Assembly (NCBI GenBank): GCA_052168235.1
Contig: JBQLZK010000016.1
Location: 53,371-117,370 of the forward strand
DNA: 64,000 bases
Reading direction: 5' to 3'
DNA from: Thainema sp.
GTDB lineage: Bacteria > Cyanobacteriota > Cyanobacteriia > Phormidesmidales > Phormidesmidaceae
Shown: piece by piece, positions 58,476 to 64,000 of the stretch
Layout: every line of letters starts with the position of its first letter
Position numbering within the stretch: position 1 is the stretch's first letter
The notes under the pieces: generated by a model
Told to the model about the DNA's origin: nothing
Database searches by the model: none
Seen by the model: only the letters and a program-made list of their open reading frames with translations
Position numbers and translations under genes: made by a program

Positions 58476-59933
58476 ATGAAACACCCTACACGATGGAAAT
58501 TACGTCACTGGATTATTTTGGGCTATGCAGTCCCTGTCGCTACCTTAGCCCTATCTGCTACCGGGACGATTCTTGGGGTGCAGCGGGTCAAGGCTGAGGC
58601 TCAGTCCCTCGAAGTTTCGCATGCGATTAATGATCTGGTAAATCAAGTAGATATCGATCTACAGATTTTATCGCGCACAACGCGGGGCTATTTGTTAGAA
58701 AAGAATCCGGTCTCAATCCAGTCGTTCAACGAAGCGGCTGAAGGCTATGTTCAAAGTATTGAGGAATTGCGATCGCTAATTCGTGATGAACAGCAGCTAG
58801 AACATCTCAATCAACTGGAAGAAAAAGGTACTCAGTTTCAAGCCATAGAACAAGAGCTGATCGATTTAGTCGATGCCAACAGGGTCGATGAGGCATTGGC
58901 AAAGTGGCGCGAGGACAATGGGCGAGCCCAGATTGAAGAAATTACAGCCCTAGTTCAACAGATGCAGGCACTAGAGGATCAAATCGTTGTTGAAGATACC
59001 CAGGACGAAGAACGGGCTCTTAACCGACTCCAAGCTTTGGTAGTCAGCTCCGCTGTGGCCTCAATATTCCTATCAATTGGAATTGGTGCTTGGATTATCA
59101 GCCGCACCGCCCGCCGCATGAATGAGTCAGCTATGCTGATTGCCAGTTCTAGCTCAGAAATTGCCGCTAGTGTTGAACAGCAGGAGCGCACCACAAACCA
59201 GCAAGCAACTTCTGTGAATGAAACCACCACGACGATGGAAGAACTGGGCGCTTCCGCTCGGCAGTCGGCAGAGCAAGCTGAAGTTTCAGCTATGGGCGCA
59301 CAGCAGGCACTGAGCCTCGCAGAATCGGGTAACTCTGCTGTCAACCGCACGCTACAGGGTATGGAAACACTGCGGCTTAAGGTGAATGCGATTTCTGACC
59401 AGATCCTGCGCCTGAGTGAACAGACTAGTCAAATTGGCAGCATTTCAGGCTTAGTCAGTGATTTGGCAAACCAGACTAACATGCTGGCGCTCAATGCGGC
59501 GGTAGAAGCGGTGCGGGCAGGGGAACACGGCAAAGGATTCGCCGTTGTGTCCAGTGAAATCCGCAAGCTGGCCGACCAGAGCCGCAAATCTGCCGAGAAA
59601 ATCAACGGCTTAGTCAACGATATCCAGACGGCTATTAACTCTACAGTCATGGTCACAGATGAAGGAAGCAAAACGGTCGAAGAAGGCGTACAGATTGCGG
59701 AAGAAACCGCTAGTGCCTTCATTGGTGTCAGCGACGCGGTCAACAATGTCGTGCTCAGCAGTCAACAAATTTCGCTCAATGTACAGCAGCAAGCTACTGC
59801 CGTTGAGCAAGTCGTCAGCGCCATGAACAGCCTTAACCAAGCCGCCCGCGAAACTGCAAGCGGAATTAGCCAGGTCAAGATTGGCACTCAGCGATTGAAT
59901 GAGGCGGCAAACGATTTGAAGGCAATGGTTTAG
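58476..59933 (+). CDS. Methyl-accepting chemotaxis protein with CHASE3-like sensor (paralog)
   Basis: TM-RGYLL-TM; same tip motif. Confidence 0.93.
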   Translation: MKHPTRWKLRHWIILGYAVPVATLALSATGTILGVQRVKAEAQSLEVSHAINDLVNQVDIDLQILSRTTRGYLLEKNPVSIQSFNEAAEGYVQSIEELRSLIRDEQQLEHLNQLEEKGTQFQAIEQELIDLVDANRVDEALAKWREDNGRAQIEEITALVQQMQALEDQIVVEDTQDEERALNRLQALVVSSAVASIFLSIGIGAWIISRTARRMNESAMLIASSSSEIAASVEQQERTTNQQATSVNETTTTMEELGASARQSAEQAEVSAMGAQQALSLAESGNSAVNRTLQGMETLRLKVNAISDQILRLSEQTSQIGSISGLVSDLANQTNMLALNAAVEAVRAGEHGKGFAVVSSEIRKLADQSRKSAEKINGLVNDIQTAINSTVMVTDEGSKTVEEGVQIAEETASAFIGVSDAVNNVVLSSQQISLNVQQQATAVEQVVSAMNSLNQAARETASGISQVKIGTQRLNEAANDLKAMV

Positions 59934-59937
59934 GATC

Positions 59938-62394
59938 ATGAGAATCGAAGACGATGAACTGCGGAACTTATTCAAGACAACGGGTGAAGAGCGCATTCAA
60001 GCAATTGACAACGGCTTGTTGCACCTGGAAAAGTACTCAGATGATGCGGCGGTTCTGGACAGTATTCTGCGCGAAGCCCACTCGCTCAAGGGAGACAGCA
60101 ACATGCTGGGGCAGTCCGACATGGGCTCGCTGGCGCACCAAATTGAACATCTGCTAACCGCAACCAAGCAGGGCAAAGAACCGTTTACGCCGGATCTGTT
60201 TGATCGCTTAGCTCAAGGAATGGAGGCCATTCGGAAACTGCTACATCATGCGGTGACGGGAGAACCTGCTGGCGTCGATGCGTTTCACGTATTGGCTACG
60301 CTAATGGGCGCTGCACCAGAACCAGCGAGTCAGCCGCAGGAATCCACGTTAGAAGCTAGTGAGAATGGAACTGCAGATATTACTGAAGAGACTAAAGAAG
60401 CTCCAGATTCGTCTCCTGGTAAGGTTGACGCTAGCGAAACAAATCAGGCAGAAGGAGCTGAAACGAATCCAGATGAGGGCAATAAGAAACCTGAGACTGC
60501 GGAAGACGTAGATGATGCGACAAACACGATTCTCTTTGAGACGAGAGAGCTAAACGTACCACCAGCCGCCCTACCTCAGTCGTTACCGATTCCGAATAGC
60601 TTCAACCCTCAACATCTAGCAGCACAGCAGATTGCGCCCCAGTATCGAATTGAAACCGTGCGCGTTCCCACCCAAACGCTTGATCACCTGATGACACAGG
60701 CCGGAGAGCTGACGGTGACGCAGATTCGAGTGGCCCATCGACTGAGTGAAGTGGAGGAAATCGCCAATCTATGGGAAGAGTGGAGCCGTGATCTGTTTGT
60801 CAACCGCTTCTTGTTTGATGAAAGTCAATCTCGTCAAACAAATGCTCGCCAGTTGAGTCAGTTTTATGCACGGGCAGAATCACATGTTGAGCAGTTGGGC
60901 AAATTGGTTAACAGGCTCCGGACGGCAATGTATGAAGATACTACCCGTCTGGAAGGGATTAGCGATGAGCTAGCAGAGGGAATTCGGACGCTCAGGTTGC
61001 TGCCTCTATCCACTATGTTTAATCTGTTTCCGCGACTGGTGCGGGATCTGGCCCGACAGGAAGATAAACAGGTTGAACTCGTCATGGAGGGAAGCGAAAC
61101 GCGGGCTGATAAGCGGATTCTGGAAGAGATGAAAGATCCGCTGATGCACATGATCCGCAACACGATTGATCACGGGATTGAGTTACCTTGCGATCGCAAA
61201 CGCTTAGGCAAGTCGGAAACCGCTACCATTTGGCTGCGGGGCTATCAAACGCCAACTCATGTGATTATCGAAGTAGAGGATGATGGTCAGGGACTCAACG
61301 TTGAATCGATCAAGGAAACGGCGCTGCGGCGAGGACTGTATCGAGCGGATGAACTGGCATCACTGACCGACAGCCAGCTTCATGCACTGGTACTGAGTCC
61401 GGGTTTTTCAACCCGGACGATGGTGACGGAAATTTCAGGCCGAGGCGTTGGTCTAGACGTGCTGCGCAGCAACGTGGAGCGGCTGAAGGGCAGCATTGAA
61501 ATTGAATCAACGCCCGGAAAAGGCTGTCTGATGCGAATTCGGCTAAGCACCACGCTGGCGACCGCGCACGTACTGATTGTCACGGTACAGGGGCAAACCT
61601 TTGCCTTACCCGTGGAAGCGGTACAGACGGCTTGCTTAGTCCATGCCCACGATCTGTTTCAACTGGAAGGGCGGCAAACCCTGATCTACGAGGGGCAACC
61701 AGTTTCAGTTTGCGAGCTAGCCGATTTACTGGAATTACCAGCGGTAACTGCGTCCAAGGGACAGAGCCGCAATGATGCAGCGCGACCCTGCGTGATTTTG
61801 TCTAATGGTGACAGTCGGTTGGGCATTTTTGTTGATGCCCTGATTGATGAACAGGACGTGATGCTGAAGCCGCAAAGTAAGCTACTCAAGCGGGTGCGCA
61901 ATGTGTCTGGTTCCACGATTCTGGGCACTGGGGAAGTCTGTATGGTGCTGAATCCAGCGGATTTAATTCAATCTGTCCGGCGACAGGCCGTTGCGATCGC
62001 ACATCCCAATCACTATGACACTACTGCTCCCACGCAGTACTCCGTGCTGCTGGTGGAAGATTCCATTGCTACTCGAATTCAGGAAAAGCGCATTCTAGAA
62101 GCAGCGGGGTATGCTGTGACGACTGCGGTGGATGGATTGGACGGCTATAACAAACTGCAAGCGCGCCTGTTTGATGCCGTGATCTCAGACGTGCAAATGC
62201 CCCATATGAGCGGTCTGGAGCTAACGAGGCGGATTCGCCAGCATCGAGAATACAGTGAGGTGCCCGTTATCTTAGTTACCACTCTAGCTAGCGATGCCGA
62301 TCGCCAGCGGGGAGCGGAAGCTGGGGCCAATGCTTACATCACCAAGGGCAGTTTTAATCAGGACATTCTGGATACGCTCCATCGCTTAATTTGA
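59938..62394 (+). CDS. cheA: Hybrid CheA (Hpt, HATPase, CheW, REC)
   Basis: REAHSLKG, HMIRNTIDHGIE, DDGQG, GRGVGLDV; C-terminal receiver LLVEDS..SDVQMP. Confidence 0.95.
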   Translation: MRIEDDELRNLFKTTGEERIQAIDNGLLHLEKYSDDAAVLDSILREAHSLKGDSNMLGQSDMGSLAHQIEHLLTATKQGKEPFTPDLFDRLAQGMEAIRKLLHHAVTGEPAGVDAFHVLATLMGAAPEPASQPQESTLEASENGTADITEETKEAPDSSPGKVDASETNQAEGAETNPDEGNKKPETAEDVDDATNTILFETRELNVPPAALPQSLPIPNSFNPQHLAAQQIAPQYRIETVRVPTQTLDHLMTQAGELTVTQIRVAHRLSEVEEIANLWEEWSRDLFVNRFLFDESQSRQTNARQLSQFYARAESHVEQLGKLVNRLRTAMYEDTTRLEGISDELAEGIRTLRLLPLSTMFNLFPRLVRDLARQEDKQVELVMEGSETRADKRILEEMKDPLMHMIRNTIDHGIELPCDRKRLGKSETATIWLRGYQTPTHVIIEVEDDGQGLNVESIKETALRRGLYRADELASLTDSQLHALVLSPGFSTRTMVTEISGRGVGLDVLRSNVERLKGSIEIESTPGKGCLMRIRLSTTLATAHVLIVTVQGQTFALPVEAVQTACLVHAHDLFQLEGRQTLIYEGQPVSVCELADLLELPAVTASKGQSRNDAARPCVILSNGDSRLGIFVDALIDEQDVMLKPQSKLLKRVRNVSGSTILGTGEVCMVLNPADLIQSVRRQAVAIAHPNHYDTTAPTQYSVLLVEDSIATRIQEKRILEAAGYAVTTAVDGLDGYNKLQARLFDAVISDVQMPHMSGLELTRRIRQHREYSEVPVILVTTLASDADRQRGAEAGANAYITKGSFNQDILDTLHRLI

Positions 62395-62459
62395 TGCTTA
62401 ATATTTATGAAATGCTCGCTTAAAATTGTGGATCAAATAGCCTGTAAACCGTTCCATCC

Positions 62460-62488
62460 GTAGGGACACGGCAATGCCGTGTCCCTAC
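62460..62488. repeat. GTAG-type REP-like palindrome
   Basis: GTAGGGACACGGCA-A-TGCCGTGTCCCTAC. Confidence 0.75.
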
Positions 62489-62555
62489 CCGAAAGATTGC
62501 ACCTGATTAAATCCGTGTTCCTTAGCAGGCATTTCACAACTATAAATTGGGTTCT

Positions 62556-62660
62556 TACAGCGTTTTTTAAGCGCTTAAAATACAGCTATTTTTGTGAGAG
62601 CCGCGCTCGGCGCGGCTCTCACAAAAATAGCTGTGACTAACTGAAGCGCGAAGCGCTGTA
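62556..62660. mobile_element. MITE-like hairpin element (TACAGCG ends)
   Basis: TACAGCG...CGCTGTA shell of 105 bp; perfect 25-bp arms ACAGCTATTTTTGTGAGAGCCGCGC-TCG-GCGCGGCTCTCACAAAAATAGCTGT. Confidence 0.7.
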
Positions 62661-62697
62661 TCCACGGACTGATATTACTTATCTAAGGCAGAGTTCC

Positions 62698-63846
62698 ATG
62701 CCTAAATCCCCGATTCGAGTATTGCTGGTGGAAGATTCCCCCATTGCCACTGTCATTCTTAAGCGCATTTTGACCAGCACATCCGACATTGAGCTCACTG
62801 GCACCGCTAGTAACGGGCTGGAAGCGCTGGCGCTGATGGCTCAGGCGCGTCCTGATGTCGTCTGCACGGACTTGCACATGCCCAAAATGGACGGGCTGGA
62901 GCTCACTCGCCGCATCATGTCGGAATGCCCCCGTCCGATTCTGGTGATCAGCGCTTCGGTTCAGGAGGACGACGTCAAAAACGTATTTGATTTAATTGAA
63001 GCCGGGGCTTTAGACGTTTTTCCCAAGCCCAGAGCCGGACTCAATGCCGAGTATGAGCAGATTCAGCGGGAGCTAATCAACAAAATCAAGGTGCTGTCTG
63101 GCGTAGCGGTGTTCACACAGCATCGCCACCGCGCCACTGCACCAACGCCACCCGTTCCTACTACAGCCCCAGCTCCAAAGCTCAATTCTTCTAGCATCAA
63201 CCCTTCTAAGCCTTCACCTGCGCCAATTAACCATCAACCAGCTCGCTACACCCCTTCTACGACTCGTCCACTGGATATTCGAACACCAAGAGTGCTGGCA
63301 ATCGGCGCATCGACCGGAGGGCCACGAGCGCTTCAGCTCATTTTGCGATCGCTACCGGCCAATTTCCCGGTTCCGGTTCTCTGTGTGCAGCACATTAGCG
63401 ACGGTTTCTTGCAGGGACTGGTGGACTGGCTGGATCAGGGATGTGCGCTGAAAGTTGCGATCGCACAGCCGCATCAAGCACCCCAGGCAGGCACCATCTA
63501 CTTTGCACCAGAGCGCCAGCATTTAGAACTGAGCGATCAGGGACTATTTCAGGTTTCCACAGCTCCGGCAGTCGATGGGCACTGTCCCTCTGTGACGGTG
63601 CTGTTTCGGTCGATTGCAAAGTACTATCGCCGCTCGGCTGTGGGGATATTGCTGACGGGCATGGGTCGCGATGGCGCGACGGGTCTGCTGGACATGTCTG
63701 AGGCAGGCGCAACGACGATTGCCCAAGATGAGGCGACGAGCATTGTATTTGGTATGCCCCGAGCCGCGATCGCACTCAATGCGGCGCAGCGGATTTTGCC
63801 GATTCAGGAGATTGCACCGTTCTTGCTCAGCCGCGTGTTTGGCTGA
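62698..63846 (+). CDS. cheB: Protein-glutamate methylesterase CheB (REC plus methylesterase)
   Basis: LLVEDS..TDLHMP, IGASTGGP, VQHI, HCPSV, LLTGMGRDGA. Confidence 0.95.
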   Translation: MPKSPIRVLLVEDSPIATVILKRILTSTSDIELTGTASNGLEALALMAQARPDVVCTDLHMPKMDGLELTRRIMSECPRPILVISASVQEDDVKNVFDLIEAGALDVFPKPRAGLNAEYEQIQRELINKIKVLSGVAVFTQHRHRATAPTPPVPTTAPAPKLNSSSINPSKPSPAPINHQPARYTPSTTRPLDIRTPRVLAIGASTGGPRALQLILRSLPANFPVPVLCVQHISDGFLQGLVDWLDQGCALKVAIAQPHQAPQAGTIYFAPERQHLELSDQGLFQVSTAPAVDGHCPSVTVLFRSIAKYYRRSAVGILLTGMGRDGATGLLDMSEAGATTIAQDEATSIVFGMPRAAIALNAAQRILPIQEIAPFLLSRVFG

Positions 63847-64000
63847 AACATGCGTGCCCTCACCCTAAATCCCTCTCCCAGAGTAGGCTACTGCTTATAC
63901 ACATCTGAATAGTCCTTCTAAATCCCGGACCGATCCCCCTAAATACCCCTTAAAAAGGGCAGGGCTGATTTATTGATGAGAGAAAAAAGATAATGAGATA

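Larger units (their letters stand above)
1..64000. repeat. HIP1 octamer GCGATCGC dispersed throughout, very often as TGCGATCGCA
   Basis: Dozens of copies visible in coding and intergenic DNA (e.g. 421, 28031, 38401); a hallmark of many cyanobacteria. Confidence 0.95.

Noticed and set aside
63857..63960. CCCTCACCCTAAATCCCTCTCCC and CCCCCTAAATACCCCTTAAAAAGGG tracts
   Set aside because: They look like decayed halves of common cyanobacterial palindromic repeats, but partner arms are missing and the window ends.

Overview
64-kb chromosomal segment of a cyanobacterium, probably filamentous and Leptolyngbya-like. The assignment is inferred from dense HIP1 (GCGATCGC) sites, phycobilisome-domain genes, a four-ACT aspartate kinase and an SbtA/SbtB-like pair. 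Housekeeping genes include recJ, lysC, selO, a CbiX-type chelatase, dusA, a P-type ATPase and three tRNAs (Thr, Val, His). Accessory blocks are: (i) a cupin/HTH-NACHT pair divergent from a Ser/Thr kinase and a GRDP-like gene, next to tRNA-Thr; (ii) a 10.4-kb four-gene cell-surface operon (15877-26297) with DUF11 proteins, a very large predicted outer-membrane beta-barrel and a beta-helix/OmpA protein; (iii) a CheR/CheW/MCP/MCP/CheA/CheB chemosensory cluster. The strongest candidate for an undescribed system is block (ii). The last DUF11 domain of the 1061-aa adhesin lacks its Asn-bearing terminal beta-hairpin, while the 339-aa protein carries a spare copy of that hairpin at its mature N-terminus. 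This suggests donor-hairpin complementation with an intermolecular Lys-Asn isopeptide bond at a dedicated export barrel. Intergenic DNA holds at least 11 TA/CTAG-bounded hairpin elements of 90-109 bp, from several families, with compensatory changes and loop inversions. No CRISPR array, rRNA, integrase or transposase was seen. All family calls come from motif recognition by eye, not from database searches.
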